A stretch of DNA of 64,000 nt, taken from the NCBI GenBank assembly GCA_963797095.1, contig CAWCNY010000004.1:663632-727631 (forward strand). Reading direction: 5' to 3'. Positions within the stretch are counted from its first letter, which is position 1; each line of letters starts with the position of its first letter. The position numbers and the translations under genes are program-made. The DNA is from an uncultured Chloroflexia bacterium (GTDB lineage Bacteria > Chloroflexota > Chloroflexia > QHBQ01 > JADMIH01). Shown here piece after piece: positions 26,863 through 36,739 of the stretch. The notes below the pieces were generated by a model, which saw only the letters and a program-made list of their open reading frames with translations, searched no databases and had not been told where the DNA came from.

Positions 26863-28758
26863 CTATTCATCAGTCGTGTCGAATTTATCAACTCCAAATG
26901 TGTTCATAACCGCCCTGCCCCTGGGCGTTTCGTGCGGCGCGGGCGGCTTGCCTTTGGGATTGCGTGGGGCAGGCTTGCCGCCAACGTCCTCGCCACCCAA
27001 GTCGCTGTCATTTCCACCGCCGGAGCCGTTACCCTCCTGATCGAAAGTGATAGTCTCCACCAAACAGGGTCGTCCAAGGGTGCGAGAAAGAGCCTGCTCC
27101 AGCAGGCCGCGCTGCTGCTCGCCCCTGGCCCGCTGAGCGTGGATCGGATACCTGAAGCTGATCGTCACGGTCTTGCCCGACATGGCGAACGGGCGTACCT
27201 GCGCAGGATCGCGGAAGACCGCAGCCATCTGCTTGCTTCGGGCGTTGATCTGGTCTATCAGGTTGGGCCATAGCCTCTTGAGCTTGCTCAGGTCATCGCC
27301 GTCATCTTCAGGCTCGGAAGGTGCCTCGGCGTGTGCCACCTCTTCAGATTCAGAGGGCACATGGCCGTTAGCAGCAACCGTTGGCTCGGCCTCATCCGGC
27401 GCGGGCTTCTCCTGGGAAGCCACGATCTCCAGGTGGGGTTGGGCCGTTCCATTCAAATAGCCTCCCAACTCAACGTTTATGGGCGGTGGAGGACCGGAAG
27501 GTTGGGGCGCAGAGCCATTCCCGCCGCGCGCAGACTGCGAACCTCGCGAGGCGGCAGGGCGCTCAGGCGTGGGCTGCGCGGGCCTGGCACGCTCGGATGG
27601 GGGCACGCCGACCTGTTCGGCAGCCTGCGCGATCTCGGCGCTGTGATCTTTGGGCTGAAGCGCTACAGGAGGCAATATTGCTTCTACGAGGGCCATCTCC
27701 AGCGGTAACTGCCGGTATGATGTGGAGCGCAGTTCGCTATCGGCTGCGGCAAAGACCTTCGTCCAGCGCAGCAGGTCGGGCAAAGCAACCTTCGCGGCCT
27801 GCGCTTCCATGCGGCGCTTCATCTCCTCGGTCACGTCTAGCAGCGAGCCCTCCGAGGATTGGGCTGCACCTGATTTAATCAACATCAACTGGCGCAGGTG
27901 CTCGACGGTCTGGTGGTTGAACTGCCGCACATCGAGTCCCTCGTCTAGCACCGCATTGATCAGGCGCAAACCGGAAGGCAGGTCGGCGGCTACCAGGCAA
28001 TCAACGAAATCGGCCACGCGCTCGGAGCCTGAGGCACCAAGCATGTCTTGAACTTCGGCAAGCCTGATCCCGCCCTCCGAGAAGACGCGCAACTGGTCGA
28101 GCAGGGAGAGGGCATCGCGCAACGACCCTGTGGCCTGCCTCGCCACCAATTCAAGGGCGGCATCCTCGACCTCTATCAATTCCTGGTCGCACACCCACCG
28201 GAGGCGATCTACCATCGCTTTGAGAGGCACCCTCCTGAAATCGAACCGCTGGCAGCGCGATGCCACGGTTGCGGGCACCTTGTGTACCTCGGTAGTCGCC
28301 AGGATGAAGGCGACATGGGGCGGCGGCTCCTCTAAAGTCTTGAGCAGGGCATTGAAAGCCGACACACTTAGCATGTGCACTTCATCAATGATATAGAACT
28401 TGGTGTTCCACACGGCGGGGGAGAACTGGGCGCGCTCGATCATCTCGCGGATGTTGTCCACGCCTGTGTTGGAGGCGGCATCGATCTCGATCAGGTCGGT
28501 GGCGATATCGCGCCCGGCGGCAATGCAGTTGGGGCACTCATTACAAGGTTTGTCGGGACCTTCAGAGAGGCAGTTGGCGGCCCGCGCCAGCAAGCGAGCG
28601 GCGCTTGTCTTGCCGACTCCGCGCGGCCCCGTGAAGAGGTAGGCATGGCCGATGCGCCCTGACGATATGGCGTTCTTGAGGGTCTTCACCACAGGCTCCT
28701 GACCCACGAGTTCGTCAAATGTCTGGGAGCGGTACTTTCTATAGAGGGATAGGGACAT
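26863..28758 (-). CDS. dnaX: DNA polymerase III gamma/tau subunit
   Basis: LYRKYRSQTF, GPRGVGKT, EIDAAS, IIDEVHML, SRCQRF. Confidence 0.96.
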   Translation of the reverse strand: MSLSLYRKYRSQTFDELVGQEPVVKTLKNAISSGRIGHAYLFTGPRGVGKTSAARLLARAANCLSEGPDKPCNECPNCIAAGRDIATDLIEIDAASNTGVDNIREMIERAQFSPAVWNTKFYIIDEVHMLSVSAFNALLKTLEEPPPHVAFILATTEVHKVPATVASRCQRFDFRRVPLKAMVDRLRWVCDQELIEVEDAALELVARQATGSLRDALSLLDQLRVFSEGGIRLAEVQDMLGASGSERVADFVDCLVAADLPSGLRLINAVLDEGLDVRQFNHQTVEHLRQLMLIKSGAAQSSEGSLLDVTEEMKRRMEAQAAKVALPDLLRWTKVFAAADSELRSTSYRQLPLEMALVEAILPPVALQPKDHSAEIAQAAEQVGVPPSERARPAQPTPERPAASRGSQSARGGNGSAPQPSGPPPPINVELGGYLNGTAQPHLEIVASQEKPAPDEAEPTVAANGHVPSESEEVAHAEAPSEPEDDGDDLSKLKRLWPNLIDQINARSKQMAAVFRDPAQVRPFAMSGKTVTISFRYPIHAQRARGEQQRGLLEQALSRTLGRPCLVETITFDQEGNGSGGGNDSDLGGEDVGGKPAPRNPKGKPPAPHETPRGRAVMNTFGVDKFDTTDE

Positions 28759-28868
28759 GGTCTATTGCTTACTTCGTATTGCGTATTGAGGGATAAAAAG
28801 ACGGCACTCGGCGACAGCAGCCACCGCGAGGCTATTATACCATGCCAAAGTTGCCAGCACACGGCGGA

Positions 28869-28897
28869 TTGACACCCTCTGGGGGCACTCATATAAT
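28869..28897 (+). promoter_or_regulatory. Perfect consensus sigma70 promoter
   Basis: TTGACA-17 nt-TATAAT, 10 nt upstream of ATG 28908. Confidence 0.8.
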
Positions 28898-28907
28898 CAA
28901 CTTGCTA

Positions 28908-29798
28908 ATGACTCCAACTCCATCAACTGTACACAAGACCAGCCCTGTCTCACCTAACGGCAAGGCGCATGTGGTCACATCCGGCGAAGCGTTCAGCCGT
29001 GCGGCATCGCTCTACGATGCGGACGAAGAGCAGAACGTGATGGCGCGGTGGGCGCGGAAACGCAGCCTTTCAGTGCTACTGAAGGCGTTTAAGCCAGGTG
29101 ACCGGGTGCTGGAGATCGGTTGCGGCACGGGGATAGAGGCTCTGCAACTGGCGAGGCGCGGCATCAAAATAGTAGCCACCGATGCAGCGCCGGGGATGAT
29201 TTCGACCCTCAGCGCAAAGTTGTCGGAAGGCGGCTCGGCCCACGAACTGGCAGAGATGATCGAGCCGGTGCTTGTGCCCGCACAAGATCTCGGCGATCTA
29301 GTAGTGCGTTACGGGGCAGGCGCGTTCGATGGCGCTTACTCAAGCATGGGGCCGTTGAACTGCATCCCGGACCTGCAACCTGTGGCCGGTGCGCTGGCTC
29401 GGCTTGTCAGACCGGGGGGGCGGGTGGTGCTAAGTCTGCTGAACCGCTATTGCCTGTGGGAAACCGCCTGGTATATGCGCGCGCTCCAGCCTGGGCTGGC
29501 CTTCAGGCGCTGGGGCGGGGAGGCTGAAGCCACTTCGCGCCCCGATTGGCAGGAGGAGAAGTTCACCTGCTACTATTGGAACAGAGGCACAATAGAGAGG
29601 GCTTTCCAACATGACTTCTGCGTTGTAAGGCGTGAAGGATTACCCTGGCTAATGCCACCGCTCTACCTTGACGGATTGATCAAGCGTGCGCCGCGACTTT
29701 TCCGGGTGCTATCTCGTCTCGACCGCCGCCTGGCTCACTTGTGGCCCGCATACGACATCGGGGATCACCTGCTAATCCAGCTCGAGCGAAAGGGCTAG
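28908..29798 (+). CDS. Class I SAM-dependent methyltransferase
   Basis: VLEIGCGTG, FDGAYS and LVRPGG motifs. Confidence 0.88.
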   Translation: MTPTPSTVHKTSPVSPNGKAHVVTSGEAFSRAASLYDADEEQNVMARWARKRSLSVLLKAFKPGDRVLEIGCGTGIEALQLARRGIKIVATDAAPGMISTLSAKLSEGGSAHELAEMIEPVLVPAQDLGDLVVRYGAGAFDGAYSSMGPLNCIPDLQPVAGALARLVRPGGRVVLSLLNRYCLWETAWYMRALQPGLAFRRWGGEAEATSRPDWQEEKFTCYYWNRGTIERAFQHDFCVVRREGLPWLMPPLYLDGLIKRAPRLFRVLSRLDRRLAHLWPAYDIGDHLLIQLERKG

Positions 29799-32700
29799 AT
29801 TACAGCCTGCGCCTGAGGCTCCACGTACCCGCGCCCTTCTTCCTCTTCTTGCTCTTCGCTGACAGCGCGCTCACCCTTGTTGAGCGGGCGCGTGGTGTAG
29901 TACTTTGCCTGGGGGTGGTGGGCCACCAGCGCCGCCGTTGACTGTTCCGGCACCAGCACGAACCCATCGGTCAGGCTGACGCCGATCTTGTCGGCGGGAA
30001 GCACCTGCAAGAGCTTCACCTGCTCGGATGGGTCGGGGCAGGCAGGATAACCCCAAGAGTAGCGCCTCCCCTGTCCTTCCGGCAAACCAAGCTCGCGCCT
30101 GACCATTTTGTGCGTCCATTCCGCCAGGGCTTCCGCAAGCGCCACGCTCAGGCCGTAAATATAGTAGCCCTCTGAGTAATTGCCGTCGCGCTGCATCTGC
30201 TCGAACGCTTCGGTGGCGCGGTCGCCCATGGTCACGACCTGCAAAGGCAGCACATCCAGCTTGCCCGATTCCAGCGAAGCATAGTAGTCGGCAAGGCACA
30301 AATGCTCTCGGTCGGGCTGGCGAGGGAACATGAAGGCGATCTTAGATTTTAGATCTCGGATTTTGGATTGATCGAAACTTCCATGGTCCGGATCGTATAC
30401 CAGCAGATCGTTGCCTTGCGATTGGCACGGGAAGTAGCCGTAAATCACCTTGGGAGTAAGCAACTGCCTGGCCCGCATCTCGCGGCGCATGCGGTCGAGC
30501 CTGGGAAGTAACTCGTCCTCCACGGCGCGGTCGTACTCGGCCCCATGCAATTTGTGCGCGCCCCACGACAGCCTGAACAGCGATTTCAGGTCCAGGCAAT
30601 CGAACACTTCATCTAGCGGGATATGTCGCTGGTCCAGGGTCTTGTAGCCCCAGAAAGGAGGTGTCGGGATCCGCACGTCCTGCGCGACATCGGAGCGGAT
30701 GATCGGCGCAGCAGATTCGGTGCTGCTCTGCGTCGCGCCCTTGGCCTCGCGATCGTGAAGCAGGACCGCCTCTCGATGCTTGCGCTCGACAAACTTGATC
30801 CGCTCTTGTTCATCCGTAAGGGCTTCCATTGTATCGAGGCCCTCGAAGGCATCGCGGCAATAATAGACGCCCGGCGCGTAACGTTCGGCCACGGCATCAT
30901 CCCCCACGAACCCGATGCGCGCTCCAAATGGCCTGTTGATCGCCGCACCGCCCACCAGCACAGGATATTCCAGCCCGCGCTTGTAAAGCTCTTGCACGCA
31001 CAGAGGCATCTGCTTGGAGGTGCTGACGAGCAGCGCGCTCAGGCCGATGGCGGTAGCATCCACCTCCACGGCCTTGTCGATGATAACGTTCAACGGCACT
31101 TGCTTGCCAAGGTCGTACACGGTGTAGCCGTTATTGGTGAGGATCGTATTGACCAGGCTTTTGCCTATGTCATGTACGTCGCCGAACACCGTGGCAAGCA
31201 CCACCTTGCCTTTGGTGTAGCCTTCCTTCTTCTCAAAATACTGCTCAAGGTGAGCTACAGCCTTCTTCATTACCTCCGCCGATTGGAGGACGAAGGGCAA
31301 AATGAGCTCGCCCGCCCCGAATTTGTCTCCTACTTCCTTCATGGCGGGTAGCAGCACATTGTTGAGCACCCATATGGCGTCATGCGCTTGCACCGACTCG
31401 TCCAGCAGGGCCTCGATCCCATCCTTCTTGCGGTGCAATATCTGGTAATGTATGCGCTGTTCGACGGTCATCCCGGCCAGTGCATCCTCTGTCGATTGGC
31501 GGTTATCGTCCACCGAGCGCTTATTTACCTCAAAGTAGGCGATGTACTCAGGCAGCGCGTTCGATTCGTTGTTGATCAGCCTGTCGGCCAGCCGCCGCTC
31601 GTTCTCATCGATCTCGGCGTAGGGTGTTATGTGCGCAGGATTCACAATCGCGAGGTCCAGGCCCGCCTGCACCGCGTGGTGCAAGAAGACCGAGTTGAGC
31701 ACAGCCCTTGGGTAGGGGTCTATGCCAAAGGACACGTTGCTGACACCCAGGATCGTAAGAGCGCCCGGAAGCTCCGCCTTCACGCGCCTGATACCTTCCA
31801 GCGTTTCTATGGCAGACCGCGCAAGGTCCTCCTGCCCTGTAGTCACCGGAAAGGTGAGCACATCGAAGATAAGCGCGCCCGGCTCCAGCCCGTACTCCTG
31901 GGTGGCGATATCGAATATCCGCTTACAGATCTCCACCTTGCGGTCGGCGGTGTGAGCCATGCCGATCTCGTCAATGGAGAGTGCCACCACTGCCGCGCCA
32001 TGCTCAACGGCCAGAGGTAGCACAGCCTCTATCCTCTCGCGTCCGCGTTCCATGTTGATCGAGTTGATGATCGCCCTGCCGGGATACGCTTCCAGGGCCG
32101 CTTTGATAGACGAAGCTTCTGTGCTGTCGATCACCAGGGGCGCTTCCACCGCCAGACTCAGCTTCTTAACCAGCTTGCGCATCTGGTCATCTTCGTCAAC
32201 GCGCTCGGTGAGAGCGACCTGCACATCGAGTACATGCGCGCCGCCTTCCACCTGCTCGCGGCCTACCTGCACGATGGCGTCGTAATCGTCGGCCAGCAGC
32301 AGGCGCTTTACCTTGCGCGAACCCTGCGCGTTCACCCGCTCGCCCACGATCATAGGAGCGGGTTCCTGTTGCAATGAAAACGCCCTCATGCCGCTTGAGA
32401 CGCGTGGCACATAGTAGCTTGGACGCCCGGTCTGCCTTCTGCTGTGCCCAACAGCCTCAACGAAGGCTCGGATATGTTCGGGTCCGGTGCCGCAACAGCC
32501 ACCCACCACGCTCACGCTGAACTCATTGACGAACTCATAGAGGTCACGCGCCATCGGCTCCGGCTCTTCGGGATAGACCGCCTGCCCGCCTACATTGATC
32601 GGCAACCCGGCGTTCGGGATGCACGACACCCACTTGGTGGCGTTCTCCCCCAGGAAGCGAACGGGCTCGCGCATATGCTCGGGCCCCGTCGAGCAATTGA

Positions 32701-33391
32701 GGCCGATCACCTGCGCTGGCAAGTATTGGAGGGTGGTGAGGGCTGCCACGATATCGGTGCCCAGGAGCATCCTCCCGGACGTGTCGAGCGTGACCTGCGC
32801 CTGGATCGGCACCCAGCGTCCACTCTCTCTGAAGTATTCGTTCGCTCCGGCGATGGCTGCTTTCAGTTCGAGGATGTCCTGAGTGGTCTCGATAACAAGG
32901 AGGTCCACGCCGCCCTCAACGAGGGGCTTGGCCTGCTCGCTGTAGATAGCCTTCAGTTGTGCATAGGTGATATTCGAGAGGGTTGGGTCGTCGGCGGAAG
33001 GCAAGAATCCGGTCGGACCCATAGAGCCTGCTACATACCTGGGCCTGGAAGGAGAGGCGAAGCTATCGGCCACCCTACGCGCTAGTTGAGCCGCAGTGTA
33101 GTTCTGGTGGTACACCTCGCCGGGGATGCCATATTCACCAAGCTTGGGGCGCGTACTGCCGAAGGTGGCGGTCTCCAATACGTCAGCGCCAGCCTCCATG
33201 AATGAAGCGTGTATCTCCTCGATCACGCGTGGATTGGTCACGCACAGGTAATCGTTGCACCCCTCGAACTGGGCTCCCCCAAACTGCTCAGGCGTGAGGT
33301 TGTACTTCTGCACGGAAGTTCCCATCGCGCCATCGAAGATCAGCACGCGCTCTTTCAGGCTATCCAGGTATGATTTGTTGCTCATGGGCAA
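29795..33391 (-). CDS. metH: Cobalamin-dependent methionine synthase
   Basis: DGAMGT, NCSTGP, GGCCGT, DVHDIGK (B12 binding), RYSWGYPACPD. Confidence 0.97.
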   Translation of the reverse strand: MPMSNKSYLDSLKERVLIFDGAMGTSVQKYNLTPEQFGGAQFEGCNDYLCVTNPRVIEEIHASFMEAGADVLETATFGSTRPKLGEYGIPGEVYHQNYTAAQLARRVADSFASPSRPRYVAGSMGPTGFLPSADDPTLSNITYAQLKAIYSEQAKPLVEGGVDLLVIETTQDILELKAAIAGANEYFRESGRWVPIQAQVTLDTSGRMLLGTDIVAALTTLQYLPAQVIGLNCSTGPEHMREPVRFLGENATKWVSCIPNAGLPINVGGQAVYPEEPEPMARDLYEFVNEFSVSVVGGCCGTGPEHIRAFVEAVGHSRRQTGRPSYYVPRVSSGMRAFSLQQEPAPMIVGERVNAQGSRKVKRLLLADDYDAIVQVGREQVEGGAHVLDVQVALTERVDEDDQMRKLVKKLSLAVEAPLVIDSTEASSIKAALEAYPGRAIINSINMERGRERIEAVLPLAVEHGAAVVALSIDEIGMAHTADRKVEICKRIFDIATQEYGLEPGALIFDVLTFPVTTGQEDLARSAIETLEGIRRVKAELPGALTILGVSNVSFGIDPYPRAVLNSVFLHHAVQAGLDLAIVNPAHITPYAEIDENERRLADRLINNESNALPEYIAYFEVNKRSVDDNRQSTEDALAGMTVEQRIHYQILHRKKDGIEALLDESVQAHDAIWVLNNVLLPAMKEVGDKFGAGELILPFVLQSAEVMKKAVAHLEQYFEKKEGYTKGKVVLATVFGDVHDIGKSLVNTILTNNGYTVYDLGKQVPLNVIIDKAVEVDATAIGLSALLVSTSKQMPLCVQELYKRGLEYPVLVGGAAINRPFGARIGFVGDDAVAERYAPGVYYCRDAFEGLDTMEALTDEQERIKFVERKHREAVLLHDREAKGATQSSTESAAPIIRSDVAQDVRIPTPPFWGYKTLDQRHIPLDEVFDCLDLKSLFRLSWGAHKLHGAEYDRAVEDELLPRLDRMRREMRARQLLTPKVIYGYFPCQSQGNDLLVYDPDHGSFDQSKIRDLKSKIAFMFPRQPDREHLCLADYYASLESGKLDVLPLQVVTMGDRATEAFEQMQRDGNYSEGYYIYGLSVALAEALAEWTHKMVRRELGLPEGQGRRYSWGYPACPDPSEQVKLLQVLPADKIGVSLTDGFVLVPEQSTAALVAHHPQAKYYTTRPLNKGERAVSEEQEEEEGRGYVEPQAQAVI

Positions 33392-33454
33392 TACCCTCTT
33401 AACTTGATACTTTACTATTGCGTACTTCGTTAGTGTTCATTCGGCGTCCTACAA

Positions 33455-33594
33455 CAAAAAACCTCTCACAGGGAGAGGTACGTCTCTTGCCGCGAACGGC
33501 CTAATCCTTCCCCGTTGGGGCTGGGTGTGGCACCGCGCTTCGCCGGTTGCCGGGTAGGTCTACGAGCCAGTTCTCTCACTACCACTCTCGATTT
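33455..33594 (-). promoter_or_regulatory. SAM-I (S-box) riboswitch with intrinsic terminator
   Basis: AUCGAGAG...GAGAGAACUGGCUC...CGGCAACC...GGUGCCA...GAUU, then CCUCUC-CCUGU-GAGAGGUUUUUU, upstream of metH. Confidence 0.88.
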
Positions 33595-33615
33595 CTGTTC
33601 AGTTGTACTGTGTCC

Positions 33616-33644
33616 AGTTTACAGGAGAGGCAAGAACCTGTCAA
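33616..33644 (-). promoter_or_regulatory. metH promoter
   Basis: TTGACA-17 nt-TAAACT on the minus strand. Confidence 0.7.
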
Positions 33645-33654
33645 GATATGAGAT

Positions 33655-35145
33655 CTGACATCCGGTCATAAATAGCAGAGGGTATTAAGATGGGCTAGAA
33701 TCGAGCATCCTAAAGTGAGGGGGTTTGTATGTCAGCCGCTCAATCAGTGTTGCTTGATGAGTACGTTGCTCAGTTCTCTACTCTGTTCGGGGACAAGCGC
33801 AGTCGGGCTACGTTTGAGGCTATCATTAGCGGCATCCTGGCAGCGGGCAGCCTTGTGTGTTCTCGGATCGCTGCTGTGGCTCCACTGCTGTCAGGAGTAG
33901 GTGACGGAGCACAAAGGGTGCTGCGCTTTGCCGAGGGAGAGAGCACTCGGCGTTCCTCAGTAACAGCTTCACGCCTGGTAGAGAAACTGGCCGAACGGGG
34001 TGTGGCTCAACTAGGGGAAACCCCCTCGGCACTGACGTGTGGCTGGTGCTGGATGGGTCGGACCTGCGCAAACCTCACGCCAAACAGATGCCCAATCTGA
34101 TGCGAGTACGCAGTCTGCAAGGCACAATGGTAAACGGCTACCGCACACTCAACGTGCTGGCTGTTACCCCGCAGCAACGCGCCTTGCTGTACCATCGCCT
34201 CTACTCAAGCAAGGAGAAAGACCACCTCTCAGAGTCACACGAGGTACAGAGTGCTCTCAAAGAGGTGGGTACGGCGCTGAAGTCCATCCAAGCGGAGCAC
34301 CCGGTCACATGGATTATGGACAGTGGCTCTGATAACGTGGCGGTGTGGCGCACCATATGGGAGAGGGAGCAACACGTTTTGTGTAGGGTTCAACATATGG
34401 ATCGGCTTGTCCAATACCAATACCGAACCTCCTTATCAGGCCAATGGGGTCAGGGCCATCTTGAGGAGGCTGGGGCTCACCTGAGTAAGGCAGGCACTGT
34501 GCAAACAAGCATGGTAGTACGCCTGAAGGGGCAGCGGTACGAGAAGCGCCAAAGTGTGACGGTGGAGTTGAGCAGTTGCCAGGTTCTGGTAAGCTACGAA
34601 CCTGACATACGACGGGTGGGACCAAGGAAAGGGGTAGGTGAGAAAGTCACACACGCACTGTGGCTGCTGAGAGTAGAGATACGCGACAGCCAGATGCAAC
34701 CATGGTACTTGCTGACCGACTGGGCGTGCAACACTGCACAACAAGCAGCACGCATCTTCCAAATGTATAGGCAGAGGTGGAGTGTGGAGGAAGCCTTCCA
34801 ATTCCTCAAGACATGTGTTGGTTGGGAAGAGGTGCAGGTACTCGACTTGGAGGGGATACGCACGCTGGTGGCGCTGGGGTGGGTAGCAGCAGGCTTTCTT
34901 TATGAGATAGATGGCGGATGGGAATGGGTAGACGTGGAGTTGTTGGCAAAGTTGGGTGGATACGTGCCGCACAAGGGGCGCAAGCCAGGGAAGAAGATAC
35001 TCCTGTGGGGGCTACAACGGGTGCAAGACTACATGGTTACTGAGGCTATCCTACGTCAGCATAAGGCTGCCACTGGCTCTATCCCTCCTGGTATCGCTGC
35101 CCTGCTTGGCAAAGAGGTCGTCGATAAGTTATGACCGGATGTCAG
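33655..35145 (+). mobile_element. IS4-family (IS50/Tn5-like) insertion sequence, 1491 bp
   Basis: 17-bp perfect TIRs CTGACATCCGGTCATAA; direct repeat ATGAGAT at 33648-33654 and 35146-35152. Confidence 0.9.
33729..35134 (+). pseudogene. IS4-family DDE transposase, frameshifted near 34014-34025
   Basis: Two overlapping ORFs; YRQRWSVEEAFQFLK (YREK motif); LAKLGGY..PG Tn5-like C-terminus; frame break at GGGGAAACCCCC. Confidence 0.82.
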
Positions 35146-35234
35146 ATGAGATCTGAGCGCTGTGCAGGGCTGAGGTTCCTGCCCTTAGGCTAACTTGCCC
35201 TCGGCTGAGCAGCATGTAGGACCTAACAAGCTAA

Positions 35235-35849
35235 CTAGGACATTATCTCATCGATACCAATTGATGCATCAACTGCTCCCGGTACAGATAGAAACTCACC
35301 CTTACCTACCCGCCGGGTATTTGCGTAATCTCCATTTTGCAGGTTGGTGTACACTTCGACAGTGCCTCGCCTGAGATTGATTATCCAATATTCCGGAATT
35401 TCTGACTCCGCATAGAGAGCACGCTTCATTTCTGACTCCTCATAGAGAGCACGCTTCTTTGTTCTATCATGCTGGAGTGACGTGTCAGAAACTTCAATAG
35501 CCAGCAAAACATCTTTAGCTACGGGCGGCGTTGATCGGGAATAATTATCGGGTAAACGTAGTAGAGCAACGTCAGGCTGAGGTTGAGAGTCGCTTTCAGG
35601 TAGATCGATTGAGTTGCCTTGAGGCCAAATGAGCACGAAATCACCCGCTCTTCGCTCAAGCAACTTTATTAGGCGAGCAACAATACGTTGATGATCGTAA
35701 CTGGGCGGCGGCATCTCGAGAATTTCCCCTCTTATGAGTTCCAGGCGAGTATTATCCTCAAAGACGCCAGCCTCCACCATCCGCTCGAACTCTTCAAGGC
35801 TGATGTGGTGTCGTTTTGGTTGGGTGGTTTGTTTGAGCGCAACTGCCAT
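35235..35849 (-). CDS. Uma2 family endonuclease-fold protein
   Basis: ELIRGEI, PQPDVA, IEVSDTSL.HDR..K..LY, IPEYWIIN; internal 10-aa duplication. Confidence 0.9.
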   Translation of the reverse strand: MAVALKQTTQPKRHHISLEEFERMVEAGVFEDNTRLELIRGEILEMPPPSYDHQRIVARLIKLLERRAGDFVLIWPQGNSIDLPESDSQPQPDVALLRLPDNYSRSTPPVAKDVLLAIEVSDTSLQHDRTKKRALYEESEMKRALYAESEIPEYWIINLRRGTVEVYTNLQNGDYANTRRVGKGEFLSVPGAVDASIGIDEIMS

Positions 35850-35917
35850 GTTTCGGCCGGTACTTTCGTGATTCTCCTGATCGGATGTGTTGAATAATAC
35901 GTGTTCATGATAGCGCA

Positions 35918-36739
35918 CTACTGCCACCCGGTCAATATCTCCTCGCGCCTGAACAAGCGCACACTTACCACGAGCAGCATAAGGTCGACTACCCCCGCGA
36001 CCACAGCGATCCCGACCACGATTCCTATACCAACATGTACGGCCCCCGACACCTGGGCTATCAGCATCCCTATAACGGGCAGGATCACAAGCGATCCCAG
36101 CTGTTGCGCGCTGTTGGGGTCCTTCACCCTCGAAGAGATAAGCACGCCAAGCCCCACAGCCAGAAAAGTGAAGATCGGTGTGAGCAACACAATAGCCAGC
36201 AGCCAGGTCGGACTCATGATCAGGCCGGAAAATACCTCATTGGTGGTTACGAAGCGGGCCACCAGCGCGAACACTGCGAAGCCCCACCACGTGGAGAGTA
36301 TGCCTGGAATGGCCGCCGAAAAACCTTTGGCCGCCAGTAGCTCCCATGTCTTGATAGGTGTCGCCAGCAGCGGCTCTAGCGTGCGTAATTGCTTCTCACC
36401 CACGATAGAGTAGCTGGCAATCGTGATAGGAACAACCAGAGGGATCACCTGGAACAGCACAAGGAATGGGCTGAGCAGAGTTACCCTGAGGTTATCTGCC
36501 CCGCTAAACAGGAAGCCATCCATGGATTGCATCTGTGTTAGCGTATCGGTCGCGCCTTTCAGCGAGGTGTTGTCTACTGTCAGGAAAGATGACAGGGCGA
36601 GCACCGCCACCGCCAATGCGACCAGCAGGAACGTGGGCACAAGCGTGGTAAAGACAACCACTCTATTGCGAATCAATTGCGCCCATTCGTTCTCAATCAC
36701 AGCGATGATGCGCATGTTCAAAAGGCTACTGGCTTTCAC
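35918..36739 (-). CDS. ABC-2 type exporter permease
   Basis: SIVGEKQLRTLEPLLATP motif; 6 TM segments. Confidence 0.9.
   Translation of the reverse strand: MKASSLLNMRIIAVIENEWAQLIRNRVVVFTTLVPTFLLVALAVAVLALSSFLTVDNTSLKGATDTLTQMQSMDGFLFSGADNLRVTLLSPFLVLFQVIPLVVPITIASYSIVGEKQLRTLEPLLATPIKTWELLAAKGFSAAIPGILSTWWGFAVFALVARFVTTNEVFSGLIMSPTWLLAIVLLTPIFTFLAVGLGVLISSRVKDPNSAQQLGSLVILPVIGMLIAQVSGAVHVGIGIVVGIAVVAGVVDLMLLVVSVRLFRREEILTGWQ

Noticed and set aside
26863-28758. Programmed frameshift producing the gamma subunit in dnaX
   Set aside because: No AAAAAAG heptamer or long A-run was noticed on the coding strand.
35235-35849. Uma2 gene as a defence system
   Set aside because: It is a solitary gene with no partner defence genes, and this family is commonly multi-copy in such genomes.
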